Below are positions 63,742-64,000 of a stretch of 64,000 nucleotides of DNA, piece after piece. The DNA comes from Balanoglossus misakiensis. Its lineage: Eukaryota > Animalia > Hemichordata. Position 1 is the first letter of the stretch. Each line of letters begins with the position of its first letter. Location of the stretch: positions 5,781,097 to 5,845,096 of the forward strand of contig CM082598.2 in NCBI GenBank assembly GCA_040954595.2, given 5' to 3'. The notes beneath the pieces were generated by a model. It was not told the origin of the DNA. It was given only the letters and a program-made list of their open reading frames with translations, and did not search any database. Both the position numbers and the translations under genes were made by a program.

Positions 63742-64000
63742 CTTCAATGAAAACAAATGGAATTGTAACACACCATGCAGCGAACCCTCGATCGTGATTC
63801 GGCAATACGCCGTCACGTGACCTTAGTCATTTCGAACTGTTCCCTAGGGCATCATTTCGATCGGTTTCTGCCCGGTACTGTTGCCTCGTCTTGATATAAT
63901 TCCGTGTTTGGTGTGTTACAAAACACATGACGACTGACATATTCGGGCAACAGTGTATTTTGCATCTCGGGACTGCCAGTCACACCAAATCAGTCTGTTT

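Overview
Eukaryotic, AT-rich, repeat-dense invertebrate genomic DNA; the gene and repeat content suggests a marine deuterostome such as a hemichordate (inference only). Minus strand: an intronless GPR22-like GPCR ORF (32148-33389); a 14-exon SLC5A3/SMIT1-like sodium:solute symporter (46687-58692) that needs a 2-nt insertion in its last exon to read through; and the last three exons of a short-chain collagen C4-like gene (61716-63741). Plus strand: a two-exon zinc-finger fragment (211-1040), then a 22-kb block (about 2.4-26.4 kb) of different tandem arrays placed close together (230-bp, 278/351-bp, about 275-bp, 91-bp and about 290-bp units). In two of these arrays every unit carries an intact acceptor-exon-donor cassette: 14 copies of a 51/52-nt exon and 11 copies of an 86-nt-type exon. 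This exon-array locus is the most unusual structure in the window. The rest is dense with non-autonomous DNA transposons (TTAA-flanked Kolobok-like and piggyBac-like, TWA-flanked Harbinger-like, a TA-flanked foldback element), including nested insertions and a Gypsy LTR-PBS-gag fragment inside a MITE. All coordinates and alignments were read by eye.
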